Below, piece by piece: positions 23,469-36,308 of a DNA stretch of 64,000 bases. This DNA comes from Malacoraja senta. Its lineage: Eukaryota. The notes beneath the pieces are model-generated. The model saw only the letters and a list, made by a program, of their open reading frames with translations. It searched no databases and had not been told where the DNA came from. The translations under genes and the position numbers were made by a program. The stretch covers positions 12,402,001 through 12,466,000 of the forward strand of contig CM075992.1 in NCBI GenBank assembly GCA_038087875.1, read 5' to 3'. Position 1 is the stretch's first letter. Each line of letters opens with the position of its first letter.

Positions 23469-25399
23469 TCTGAGTTTGTGTGGACCTCTGCCAACACGTC
23501 TGAGCGGGAAGAAAAGTGCCCTGTAAGTAAAAACGAAACCATTTACCTTGTCCGACTTTTACTTTAAATGTGCTTTACTCACCGCTGGAGGAGCTCCTGC
23601 TCCTCCACACACGGTCATGAACGCTATGCGTCTGATCGATAATGACGCGTGTGCGGCTGGACGGAGCTTCTTCACGTAGTCACTCACGTGACTCCGAAGT
23701 AAAATTAAATTCACACAACACAAATTTGCACATCAAAATAAAGTCCACAATAGGCCTACACAAAACTCAGTATTTAGAACCACAGAAGTTAACAATGCAA
23801 AAAAAGTATTTGATTTAAATACTCCAAATCTGAAGAATGTGAGTGTGCCCCTTTAATTGAAAGCACTGAACCGCATCGGAATTCTCAGTGGAATCCTTAT
23901 CAGTGGAAAAAAAACGCTGCTTCGAGGTGATCAATGTTAAAGCCCCCAGACATTGCCATGTGTTAAAGGGACATACACAACTATTGTTTCAAACATAAAG
24001 CTCTTTAAACATTTATAACAAATAACACATTTGCACATTTTTCTCTTAAGTCATGATCCAAAAACACACTCCACATAACTACAAAGTGTAACACAGGTAT
24101 CAAAGACTTCAAACCTGATTCGTTTTTTATCGTAGCAACAAGAATTTAAAAAAACCTATTTACACCAAGGAGCCCCATGCATTTCAGTCTCTTAAAGGAA
24201 CCCATACACATACACAAAAGAATGTACAAAAGCCATTTACAAAAGCAGTTCATACTATATTTACTTCAAAGACGTCTCTTTGTAATTTACTTTCCCTTTT
24301 TCTGACAAAACCTTTTTTTCTTCTCACCAAAAACTTGTTTTACAAAAATTTACAAGAAATATTTTACAAGCCACTGTTTTTTATTAGCTCAGGCATTGCT
24401 CTGGGAGGACTGAGGTTACAATTGTGGTTATAACATCTTTAAATTGTGAAAGCCTTCTTGTCGAAACAAGAAAATTAAGTTGGAAATAAAACCCGTTACA
24501 GCATTTTTCCTTCTACCATAAATCTTCACAATGATAGGCAGCAGGGTAGGATGGTCCAATTCCCTGTCAGTCAGGATCCTGGACGCTGTGATTGGACATG
24601 ATCCAGATCGTGATTAGTCAGATTTCCCATCACTCAAAGTCTGGCCACACCCACTGAAGTGTCGACCAATCAGACTCCCCTTTTTCAAAGTCTGGCCCCA
24701 CCCAATAAGGTCTCAAATTCCACAGACAAAGACCCACATTCTCATTCGAGGCTTAGCAATGCAAGGTTGCATGCCATTCTGTTGCTCTGTGCCAAAAGCT
24801 ATTCAAATCTTGAAGGCAGGTTTGTTTTAACTCTCAATGTTGAATTTAAGACTGTTTCTCTTCTTCTCCTGCCTCAGTCCTTACTCCCTTCCTCTTCTTC
24901 GTCTGCCTTAGTCAGGAAATGCTTAATTCTGTCCGAATTTCCCCGCCAATTTCCCCTATTTTGCTTTGTCAGGAAAAGGGATCCCTCCACCTTTTCTCAT
25001 TTCCTAACCATGTGGTCAGCTTGTAACTTAATATTCTAAATTTCTTATTATACTTAGGATTCAAATAACACATATGTTGAATGGGGGTTCCTCCTTCAAT
25101 GTTATCCAGAGTAGTCAAGTCAAGTCAAGTCACATTTATTTATATAGCACATTTAAAAAACAACTCTCGTTGGCCAAAGTGCTTTACATTTGTTATATGA
25201 ATAGCACAAACAAAACAAACTACATACAAATATACATGTAGCCCTCACTCAGAGGACGTCGGGAAAGGCTTGGGAGTATAGATAAGTCTTTAGTCTTTAC
25301 TTAAAAGAGTCGATGGAGTATACCCCAATGATAGATAGAGAAAAAGAGAGAGAGAGAAAGAGAAAGCAGACTTCTCAATTCTTTAAATAAAGCAACGCC

Positions 25400-25700
25400 C
25401 CAAGTATTTCAACCAGGCAGACCCGCTAATCGAGACCCCAGTTTCTCAACTTGGCAGACTCCTTATCCCTTAAAAAAACGTCCCATGTGTCTTAACTAGG
25501 CTGACCCACTAATCGAGACCCCCAGTTTCTCAACTTGGCAGACTTCTTAACCTTTAAAAAACACTCCAAGTATTTCAACCAGGCAGACCCGCTAATCGAG
25601 ACCCCAGTTTCTCAACTTCGCAATGCTCCAAGTATTTCAACCAGGCAGACCCGCTAATCAAGACCCGTTCTCAACTCGGCAGACTTCTTAACTCCTTAAA
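25400..25700. repeat. Tandem repeat (about four copies) in the ERV leader
   Basis: CCAAGTATTTCAACCAGGCAGACCCGCTAATCGAGACCCCAGTTTCTCAACT recurs. Confidence 0.8.
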
Positions 25701-26103
25701 AAAAAATCCAGGCGCACACCTCGTCCCCTGTACCTCAAACCCAACAAACTACGGATGTCTCAACAAGGCCAACGAGCCCTTTATAGAGAGATAGAAAGAA
25801 AAATATAGAGAGAGAGACAGAGAAAGAGATAGCTCAATTCCTTCTTAAAATACATCCACAATACCTTCTTAAAACATACATACACAAAATACATACGTAA
25901 AAATACATACACAATTCACAATTGGTCTTACCTTTGTCTATCTCTAAGAACCTCAGCTGGGAACAGACCAACTTCTGATAAAGAAACAGAGGGGTTTCCA
26001 GGAGTGTCTAGGAGTCGGTTACATTGGACCGATAGAGCTCATATTCCTCCCTTTCCAATCCTGGTAACCTCTGCTCAGTCATCCAGTGGTAGTTCCAGTG
26101 AGA

Positions 26104-26120
26104 CCTGCGCGACTACGCCA
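26104..26120 (-). promoter_or_regulatory. ERV primer binding site, tRNA-Ser
   Basis: Plus strand CCTGCGCGACTACGCCA next to the LTR resembles the tRNA-Ser 3' end CCTGCCGACTACGCCA with one extra base. Confidence 0.8.
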
Positions 26121-26121
26121 A

Positions 26122-26578
26122 TGAAAAGTTTACTTAGAAAGATAGACAAAGTACAAATTCTTAAGACCATACAAAGCTTTAATTTAACGTTTGACGGGTG
26201 TGGACCTAGAGACACAGAGGCAACAGTTTCACGTCTGAATCTCCAGCAGCACACACATAGAAATACCAGAAAAACGTGAGTTTATACGTACACCAATTGC
26301 ATGATGTAATGTACAAAAACCATCATCCACATGGAGTTGTTTTTCACTCTTTGCCAAAAGCCAGTCACCCCAATGGCATCCTCTGGGCCCCTTCTTATCT
26401 GATTAACCTCTTCAACTTACATTAAAAAAACCTTGTAAGAGAGCTGTGAACTATTCAACTTAAAAGAAAAAAACCTGGCATGATAGGAGTTGTCCAAATC
26501 CCATCATGCATTACAATTGGCCTTTTACAACAGGAAAGCTTAAATATGACAACAATCAATTAATAACTAACTCTTTCA
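26122..26578 (-). repeat. ERV 5' LTR
   Basis: TGAAAAG...CTTTCA followed by TSD GATG. Confidence 0.92.
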
Positions 26579-28666
26579 GATGAGGGGGGATCTTATAGAA
26601 ACGTATAAAAGGAGTGCACAAGCTGGATGCAGGAAAAATGTTCCCAATGTTGGGCGAGTCCAGAACCAGGGGCCACAGTCTTAGAATAAAGCGGTTGCCA
26701 TTTAAGACTGAGGCGAAAAAAAACTTTTTTCACCCAGACAGTTGTGAATTTGTGTAATTTCCTGCCACAGAGGGCAGCGGAGGTCAAATCACTCGATGGA
26801 TATAAGAGAGATTTAGATAGAGCTTTAGGGGATAGTGCAATCAAGGGATATGGGGAGAAGGCAGGCACGGGTTATTGATTGGGGCCGATCAGCCATGATT
26901 GCAATGAATGGCGGTGCTGCTTCGAAGGGCCGAATGGCCTCCTCCTGCACCTATTTTCTATGTTTCTATGATTGCGGGGACCTTCTCCTTAATCAGTAAA
27001 GCAACTTGCCCCGCCTCTTTTACCACCACCTCTATCTTCCCTGCACCCAGCACCAACTCCTCAGCCACGCATTCATCTGATCTATCTTCTTGTTCCTACC
27101 CTCACTAACATGTGGCACCGGCGGCAATCTAGACATTACTACCCTGGAGGTCCTGCATTAACCTTTTGCCTAATTCCCTATCTTCAGTCCACAGGACCTC
27201 ATCCCTTTTCCTGCCTCTGTCATTTGTGCTGACGTACACAACGACTTCTGGCTGCTCCCCCTCCCCCTTGAGAATGTTCTGCAGCGGCTGGGAGACATCC
27301 TGGAGCCTGGCACCAGGGAGACAGCACACCATCCTGGAGTCTCATTTGCTGCCCCAGAATCTCCTGTCTGTTTCCCTAACTAATGATTCTCCAATCACTA
27401 TCACTCTGCCTGAGTGTGCCCTTCCCCACTGTGCCTCAGAGCCGGGTTTGATGCCACAGACCTGATTGCTGCTGCCCTCCCTGGCCACTCATCCCCCCAA
27501 CAGTATCCAAAGGGACAAACCTGCTGTCGAGGGAATGACCACAGGAGATTCCTGCACTTTCTCACTACTCCCTTTCCTGGTGATCACCCGTCTACTTTCT
27601 GCCCCTACCCGAGGCGTGACCACCTCACTGTGACTCCTATCTGTGACATCCTCAGTGTCCCGGATGATGTTGAGGTCATCCAGCTCCTGCTCCAGTTCCC
27701 TAACGCTGTCTGTAAGGAGCTGCAGCTGGACACACCTCCCACAGGCATAGTCCTCAGCAACACTGAAGGATTCCCTGACTTCCCACATCCTGCAGGAGGA
27801 GCACTAACTGCCCTATCTGCCATCATTACTGTACTAAACCACGGAGAGTGTATATTAGAAAAATAACCACAAACCAGACCTTATCCCGCTGTCACCCTGT
27901 ACGCCGAAGCCTCTCAAGCCAAAGCCTCCACTTACCCTCCACACGGCACATGTACGTAAACACGGCCGCTCCATACAGGCCCCTCCACATGTATCTACCT
28001 TCCCTTTATACACTCACTAAGGAGCAATCATTCGGGATGCTATGTATTTTCAGCTTCTCCAACTGAAACTCACCTCATCTCATTAACTGTGGGGCCTCTG
28101 TAATCAGCTGGCCTTTTTAAAAAGTCCCTCTCTTCTACAGCTAGTCAGTGTTCCCTGGGGACTGAGATACAACGTGATATCTCCCAGTGACAATCGAGAA
28201 TGGAAACACATTTACCCTGAAGTCTCACCATTTCCCGTTTAAAGGATTCCCACATGTTGCGTGTTGTTTTATCCATGTAACTGCTTCCAATCTACTTTGG
28301 CCGGGTCCTGCCTTACATTATGGAAAGGGGCCTTCCTTTAGCTTACAATGTGGATATCCAAGCAACCTCGAGATGGGACTGATGAGATCGATCCCCTGGA
28401 CACTGGCATGAAGCTGATGGGCCGAGTGGTCGTCCTTGTGGCAATCAGTTCATGGCGGGATCTCGATGAAGCTGGGTTTAGAGACGTGGATTGATGCCAG
28501 CGTTTATCCAGGAGATGGTGTCATTGGTCAGGGAGTGAACGGAGATTATTGGTGCTCGGGGTTGGTGAGGGTGGAGATGCAGATGAGGGAGGTGGGGAAC
28601 ATCAGGCTGGGGACATGAGGTGAACTTGACATCAACACCGAACATCATTCTGTCCCTCAGTCACAG

Positions 28667-28807
28667 ACTCCGCACTCGGTGACCCGTGTGTGACCCCCAC
28701 CGTCCTGGATCAGCCCTGGAGGAGCACGTATTGTTCCCACACTGAGTCAGCGGTGGGACAACGATGGGTGATAGAAATCTTGCAGTGGGATGGTACAGAT
28801 TTAACAG
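28667..28807 (+). pseudogene. D8C module 2 exon A, 1-nt deletion
   Basis: 141 nt; GAG T-C AGC versus GAG TGC AGC in module 1; splice sites intact. Confidence 0.8.
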
Positions 28808-29128
28808 GTAACGTGAGGCGATCATTGCTGAGAAATTGGACACGGATGGAGAATGTAAACAGGAGAATGAGGGGCGTGTGAAGGGGAGATGTAGGGAGAT
28901 GGGAATCATCAGTTGCTGCAATGGGACGGGGCATCAATACTGAGAATGGGGAGATCCCACATTGTGGAGAGAGAGACCCGGGAAGACGGAAGCGGAGGGA
29001 AAACAACATTGGATTCCGGGGAATGTTGAATGGGGACGGGGTGCGGTCAGAATGGCCCTGATTCCGGTCTTTCTCTGGGTGAACAAACTCCCTCAGTTCA
29101 GGGGCTGACTCTCTGATTGTTGTTTCAG

Positions 29129-29205
29129 TTCCGGTAGATGGAAGATTCCGGAGACTGTCGTTCTGAGGGATCACTGCTCCGGGGAGAGACCAGGCTGGTT
29201 AAACG
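29129..29205 (+). CDS. D8C module 2 exon B
   Basis: 77 nt, ag/gt intact: SGRWKIPETVVLRDHCSGERPGWLN. Confidence 0.85.
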
Positions 29206-29440
29206 GTAGGGTCAGAGTTTACAACACATGGTCTCAGTTATTGTCGGGGAGGGTCAGACTGACGACCCAGATCTCTCCAGAGGGCCCCTCGCACGGACAT
29301 GGAACCCAAACTCCCTGAGACGTTCCCCCACAGTCACTCAGACCGCGCTCCGGCCCTGGATCCTCACGGAGTGCGGTGGGGAAGCTCCAGCTTCCTGGAG
29401 TTTCCCGGCAGTGGGGCTACGGATCCCATCCGCCCGCTGT

Positions 29441-32400
29441 CATTTATTAAAATCATTTCCAACTTTAGTTAATAAATATATACAATACATGAACCGCAGA
29501 AAGAAATCATCCGACATTCTCGGAGGCTATACGTACATAAAATACAGTTACACCAAATCACAATTTTACCCCACACACTTGCCACTCATGTGGCCCACTT
29601 GTGTGGAATCTCTTCCATTATTTTGAGGGGCGTCTCCACCGCACCCTGCCCCCAGGTCCAGCAGCGGAAGGACCCGAGACTGTGGTCCTCCCCCACCGAT
29701 CCATGGCATTGGCACCGAGCTTCAGTGCATCCTTCAGCACGTACTCCTGCAGTCTGCAGCGGGCCAGTCGGCAACATTCCCCGACGGACACCTCGCTCCG
29801 CTGGGAGGTCACAATGCTCGGGCAGACCAAAGAGTGTCTTTCACCGAGTTGATGACCTTCCAGCATCATTCGATGTCAGTCTCTGAATGTGTCCCTGGGA
29901 ACAGTCCATAAATCACAGTATCCTCTGTGACGGAGCTGTTCGGAATATACCTTGACAGGACCCTTGCAGACTTCCCACCCGAGTTGCGGGGTTGAAGAGC
30001 ACCTGGAGCGGGGCTTTGCATCACCGCCCCGTACGGCTTGGAATGGCCGCGGGAGTTTGCGAATGCAAAGAGGTGGGGAACCGTCTCCTCTCCATAGCAG
30101 CCGTCCCGAGGGCAGCGTGCGCTGGTAGTGAAGTTTCAACGGTGCAGGCAGGATCTGACTGGGAGGGCTCCCTCACCGCCAGCCAAGCCAGGTCTTGGTG
30201 CTTGTTGGTGAGTTCTGGCGATGAGGCATTTTGCCAGAGAAGCTGGGCAGTCTGCTCTGGGAACCACGCCACAGGATCCATGGAGTCATCTCCCTGCAGT
30301 GCCTGCAGGACGTTCCATGTTGTCCACTGCCCAATGGACATGTGGTCAAAGGTGTTGGTCCAGAAGAACCTTTCCACGTGTGACAGATGGTGCGGCAATG
30401 TCCAGCTGACTGACACATTGCGTGGCATCTGCGCCAGGCCCATCCTTCGCAACACCGGGGACAGGTAGAACCTCAGCAGGTAGTGACACTTGGTGCCCAC
30501 GTGCCTTGGCTCTATGCTATGCCTGATGCAGCAACACACAATGGTGGCCATCAGGGTGAGGGCGAAGTTGGGCACGCTTTTACCCCCGTTGTCTTCTGAC
30601 TTGTGCATTGTTGCCCATCGCACCCGGTCTATCCTTGGCCCCCAGATGAACTGGAAGATGGCCCGGGTGATCCCTGTGACGTAGGAAGGAGGGAGGGACA
30701 GGCCACACTTGTGCCAAGTACAGCAGTGCAAATGGTACCTCACACATGATGCCAGTTGCCAAAGAGCATGGCCTCGCTCTTCCTGTGGTTCCCCCTGGCT
30801 CCTGTGGCTGACTCAAACTGGTCGCAGATGCTGATCAATCTGCGGACCGACCCTGGGTCCGAGCAGAAGGTGGCGACATCGTCCATGTACAGGGAGGTTT
30901 TGACCTGAGTGCCCCCACTGCCTGGCAATGTCACTCCTCTTATGCTCGCGTCCTTCCTGATGGACTCAGCAATAGGTTCAATACAACAGATGAACAAGAC
31001 AGGGGAGGGAGGGCAACCCTGCCTGACTCCGGACCTGACGGGGAAGCTGTCTGATTCCCACCCATTGATTTGGACTGCACTACAGATATCGGTGGAGAGC
31101 AGTTGGATCCAATTTCTGATTCCCTCCCCAAAGCCCGTTTCGGAGAGCACGTCCCTCATGTATCTGTGCGATATCCTGTCATTGGCCTACTCCTGGTCCA
31201 AGCTGAATAACATAGAAACATAGAAACATAGAAAATAGGTTCAGGAGGAGGTCATTTGGCCCTTCAAGCCAGCACCGCCATTCATTGTGATCATGGCTGA
31301 TCGTCCCCAATCAATAACCCGTGCCTCCCCATCTCCCTTGATTCCACTAGCCCCTAGAGCTCTATCTAACTCAAATCCATCCAGTGATTTCGCCTCCACA
31401 TTCCTCTGTGGCAGGGAATTCCACAAATTCATAACTATCTGGTTGTTTCTCACCTCAGTCTTAAATGACCTCCCCTTTATTCTAAGACTGTGGCCCCTGG
31501 TTCTGGACTCGCCCAACATTGGGAATATTTTTCCTGCATCTAACTTGTCCAGTCCTTTTATAATTTTATATGTTTCTATAAGAATCCCCTTCATCCTTCT
31601 AAACTCCAGTGAATACCAGCCTAGTCTTTTCAATCTTTACTCATATGACAGTCCCGCCATCCCAGGGATCAATCTCGTGAACATACGCTGCACTGCCTCA
31701 ATGACAAGGATGTCCTTCCTCATATTAGGAGACCAAAACTGGATACAATATTCCAGATGTGGTCTCACCAGAGCCGTATACAACTGCAGAAGAACCTCTT
31801 TACTCCTATACGGAAATCCTCTTGTTATGAAGGCCAACATTCCATTAGCTTTCTTCACTGCCTCCTGTACCTGCACGGCAACTTTCAGTGACCTGTGTAC
31901 AAGGACACCCAGGTCTCGCTGTACCTCGCCCTTACCTAACCGAACCCCATTGAGATAATAATCTTCCCCCTTGTTTTTGGCGCCAAAGTGGATAACCTCA
32001 CATTTATCTATATTATACTGCAACTGCCACGCATCTGCCCACTCACAGAACCTGTCCAGGTCACCCTGCAACCTCCTAACATCTTCTTCACAGTTCACAC
32101 TGCCACCCAGCTTTGTGTCATCCGCAAACTTGCTAGTGTTGCTCCTATTTCCCTCTTCCAAATCATTAATATATATGGTAAACAGTTGCGGCCCCAACAC
32201 CGAGCCTTGTGGCACTCCACTCGCCACTGCCTGCCATTCTGAAAAGGACCCGTCCACTCCTCATCTTTGCTTCCAGTCGGCCAACCAATTTTCTATCCAC
32301 GTCAACACCAGGGTAGGCAGGAATCCACCCGTCTGTCCTGCACATAGGCAATGGTATCTCTCAGCACTGCCAGGCTGTCTGAGATTTCCCTGCCAGGTAC

Positions 32401-33720
32401 AGCACAGGTGGATCAGCCGTCCCAGAGCAGACTTGACCCGGTTGGCGATGGCCTTAGGCAGGATCTTACAATCAACATTCAACAATGTGATGGGTCTCCA
32501 ATCCCTTATATCCTTCATCTTCCCCTTCTGCTTGTAGATTAGGGTGATGCTGCCCTTCCTCATGGAGTCTGACATGCTGCCTGCTAGAAGCATGTCGTTG
32601 TATACTTCCAGCAGGTCCGGGCCCACCAGTCCCACAGAGCCGGATACAACTCGGCCGGTAAGCCATTGCTTCCGGGAGTTTTACTCGAGTCAATGGAACG
32701 AATGGGCCCAGTCAGCTCCTCTGGGGTCAGTGGTTGGTCCAGACTCTCCCGCTTGCTGTCCTCAAAGACCTCCGTGATAGAGCACAGGAAGTTCTGGGAG
32801 GCGGTGCTGTCAATATATATTACAATATTTATTACATGTCATTTGAACCTCAGTGAGGCTCACACGAAACTCAGTTTCCACAGCCATACAAACATAGACA
32901 ATTCCTACAAGACATACATACAAGCTGTCTGTGTCCTTTCTGTCATGCAAATCCGTATAAAAGGATTTGCAGATCCTCAGCATGTCCGTCTGCAAGGATG
33001 TTACCGAGCCGTCCTCCTCCCTAAGGCTGTTCATCACAGAGCTCCCCCTGTGAACCTTATGGAAGAAGAAGCATGAGCACGTCTCATCCTGCACCACGTG
33101 ACGGACCCATCGGAAGATGAGCTTGGAGGATTCAGAGGTAAAGAATCGAGCTTGCCGGACCTTCACCTCTCTAAGTTCCTCCCTCACATCCACCCCTCTC
33201 GACTGCAGAAGGAGCAGTTGCTGCAAATCTGTCTGGAGGGGCTGCACCGTTCTCCAACATGCCTAGTCCCTCTTTCGCTTCTCAATGTTCTCTGGGGTCA
33301 ACAGCTTAACATTTCACTTCCACGTCCCTCTGTCTGACATCCGGTCATCCTGTAAGTGACAGAAAGCCTGAAGGAGGCAGTGGTCAGAGAAGAACACCAG
33401 CGTGACTGAACCGTCCGATCTCGACCAGGTGAACCGCGACTGGGACCCGCCTGCAGGGTTGCTGAAGGCGTCGTGCAGCTTTGCATCTTTTACCGTCTCC
33501 ATCAGGAACTTGGACATGTTGTCCTGTCTATTGTCGGCACTGCCGGATCGTCCAGCCGTATCAACGATGCAGTTGAAGTCACCGGCCAGAACGAGCTGCC
33601 GGGACTTGGCCAGCAGCGGTGGGATCTACTGGAGAACGGCCAGGCGCTCGCTCCGCATGGGTGAGGCGTACACATTAATCAGCCAGAGTGGAGAGCCATG
33701 GTACATTACAATCACCACGT
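29441..33720 (-). mobile_element. Tx1/L1 LINE copy 2 with nested CR1 (~31207-32310)
   Basis: Paralogous to 8504-12910, with the same 5' truncation point and the same CR1 insertion. Confidence 0.88.
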
Positions 33721-34333
33721 TGTCCTGCTCCAGATCAGAGCCGGAGCAGTTTCAGTGGAGGAGCAGCTCCCAGGGAGCTGGGCCCGTCTCGGGACACCCA
33801 CAGTTCAGCAACGAGGTGGAGAAATTAAATACACACAACATTTAGCACAAATGCGCTTATGATGTGTGATGAAGTGTTTGTGATGTGTTGTGGTTAAAAT
33901 TATTCCAATCTAGTGACATTTCCGATGAGGCTGAACTATATATTATATAATTAGTCATGTCATATGTCACAGAAATGGGACTTCGGCCCATGCCGACCGT
34001 GATGTCCCATCTGCGCTACTAATGTCCATCTAAACCTTTCACGTTCGCTCATCACCAGCTGTCTGCACCCATTGGGGGTGGGGGGTGGGGGCTTGTGTTT
34101 CCAGTCCAGACCCCGGCACCCAAGGGTGTCAGCACCAGGTGCCGGGCTCAGGGAGCAGGGGCTGCTGTGGGGAGTGTGGGTGGGGAGGGTGAGGGCAGCA
34201 GCTCACCGCTGACTGAGGCAGGTCAAACCCGACCGTGGCTTGTGATCACTGCCTTACACTGGCTCCACATTCACATTCCCCACCGCACTGTGGCACCGGG
34301 TACATTTTACAATGTTTATAATCCTCATTCCAG

Positions 34334-34498
34334 GTCCCCATCCCAGCGTGGGAGACGGGGAGGTGACCAGGACAGTCTGTTTCACCAAGGGCAGATACAT
34401 CTGCTACTGGAACCGGGAGATCAGGGTGAAGAACTGCACCGGTTACTTTGTGTATCAGCTGTGGCCGTCACCCCACAAGGAGGCTGTGTATTGTACAG
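34334..34498 (+). CDS. D8C module 2 exon C
   Basis: 165 nt: GPHPSVGDGEVTRTVCFTKGRYICYWNREIRVKNCTGYFVYQLWPSPHKEAVYCT. Confidence 0.88.
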
Positions 34499-35915
34499 GT
34501 AGGTCCCCGTTCCCCAGTCACACGGGCAGTTGGTGTTGTGGAGATATTCTGTGACGTCCCGCGTCACCAACACACTGAGTGTTCAGGTTAACTGCCCCCC
34601 CCCCTCCCCCTGCCCCTAGACCTGTCCCTTCCCCTCCCACCCTGGTCCCAGCTTCGTCCCCTCCTATCTTTGCCTCAGCACGGCTCCTCCACCCCCTCCC
34701 CCCCTCACTCTGCAAGACCCTCACTCATGGACCTATCTCCCCTCCCCCCCTCGCTCCAGCATCGGAACTTCCCTTCTCTCTCCCATGCTCCGTTGGGACT
34801 TTCCCATCAACTTGCCGGGTTCACAGTGATTCTCCTGTGTGATGGGGAAGTACGAGTGAAGGGAGTCGGTGTCACTGTTAGGACTGAGCTGAGACAATAT
34901 GGGCTGTGGAAGGAATTTCAGGTTTCACAGTCCCTGGAGCACATTGAGGACACGTCCAGTAGAACAGATGAGGGAACCAGTGGCTGGGCTGTGGGGGGTT
35001 TTCAGAAAGCATTTAGTACGTTCCTGCACAAGAGGCTGGTCAACAAGGTCAGAGCACATGGAATTGTTCACACACTGACATGGATTGAGAATTGGCTTTT
35101 GGACAGAGAGCAACAGGTGGGAATAAGCAGATCATTCTCAGGTTGGCAGCAGTGACGTGTGGGTACAAGAGGGCTCAGTGCTTGGGCCCCGGTGAGTCAC
35201 AGTCTGTATCAATAACTTGGCTGGGACGATCATCTGTGGACTGAGATACACCGTGATATCTCCCATTGACCAGCAGTATCCCTCACTGTCCACAGTCAGT
35301 TCCCTGGGAACTGAGATAAACTGTGATATCTCCCACCGACTACATAGTGTCCCTTTAGTCTTGCAGCTGTCTACAATCTCCCAGTACATTTGTACTTCTA
35401 ATTCCCGCTGTCTATTTGAGGGCCTATCATACACTGCCAACAAGGTGATCATCCCCTTTTTAGTTCTCAGCTCCACTGGATGAACCGTCAGTAATGTCAT
35501 CTCCAACGATTGCGGGGACCTTCTCCTTAATCAGTAAAACAACTGCCCCGCCTCTTTTACCCCCACCTTATCTTCCCTGCCCTCAGCACCAACTCCTCAG
35601 CCACGCATTCATCTGATCTATCTTCCTGTTCCTACCCTCACTAGCATGTGGCACCGGCGGCAATCTAGACATTACTACCCTGGAGGTCCTGCATTAACCT
35701 TTTGCCTAATTCCCTATCTTCAGTCCACAGGACCTCATCCCTTTTCCTGCCTCTGTCATTTGTGTTGACGTTCACAACGACTTCTGGCTGCTCCCCCTCC
35801 CCCTTGAGAATGTTCTGCAGCGGCTGGGAGACATCCTGGAGCCTGGCACCAGGGAGGCAGCACACCATCCTGGAGTCTCATTTGCTGCCCCAGAATCTCC
35901 TGTCCGTTTCCCTAA

Positions 35916-36308
35916 AGGGTCTGTCCCATCAGCACGCGACTGCATGCAGCGAGCACGACCAAACGTGGTGGCTTGAGGCGTACGGCCTCGTGGGGCCGGT
36001 CCTACTTCCAACCGCAGAGCCGTATGGAGCTGGTCCCGGCTTCATACTCACCAATCAGCTGGGCAGGAGGGGAGCCGACTTCGTACGCCCGTCGAGGCGG
36101 TGCGTACGGCCTCAATGCGGCAGCGGGCCGGCAGGCCGTCTGTCAGTGTCAGCTTTACGGAGCCATGCACGGTGTCGGGACCAGCTCCGCACAACTCCAG
36201 ACGGCTCCGGCGATCGAAGTGGGACCGGTCCCGCGAGGCCATACGGCTAGCGCGACCACGTTAGGTCCCGCTAGCCGCATGCAGTCACATGCTCGTGGGA
36301 CAAGCCCT
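35916..36308. mobile_element. PIF/Harbinger-like MITE
   Basis: TAA TSD on both sides; imperfect ~32-bp TIRs AGGGTCTGTCCCATCAGCACGCGACTGCATGC / GCATGCAGTCACATGCTCGTGGGACAAGCCCT; empty site in the other units. Confidence 0.85.

Larger units (their letters stand above)
17791..23705 (-). mobile_element. DIRS-type tyrosine-recombinase retrotransposon nested in the ERV
   Basis: gag-like, RT/RNase H, DAM-like methyltransferase and YR regions; ICR complementary to both termini; AAT at both ends. Confidence 0.92.
14898..26578 (-). mobile_element. Endogenous retrovirus provirus (class I/epsilon-like), internally deleted
   Basis: Paired TG...CA LTRs, 4-bp TSD GATG, PPT, tRNA-Ser PBS, env and integrase-tail remnants. 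Confidence 0.92.
14678..26968 (+). mobile_element. CR1 3' fragment split by the ERV (14678-14897 and 26579-26968)
   Basis: LVRPHLEYCVQFWSP before the ERV resumes as GATGAGGGGGGATCTTATAGAAAC after it; (TTCTATGT) tail; empty site AACGATTGCGG in other units. Confidence 0.85.
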
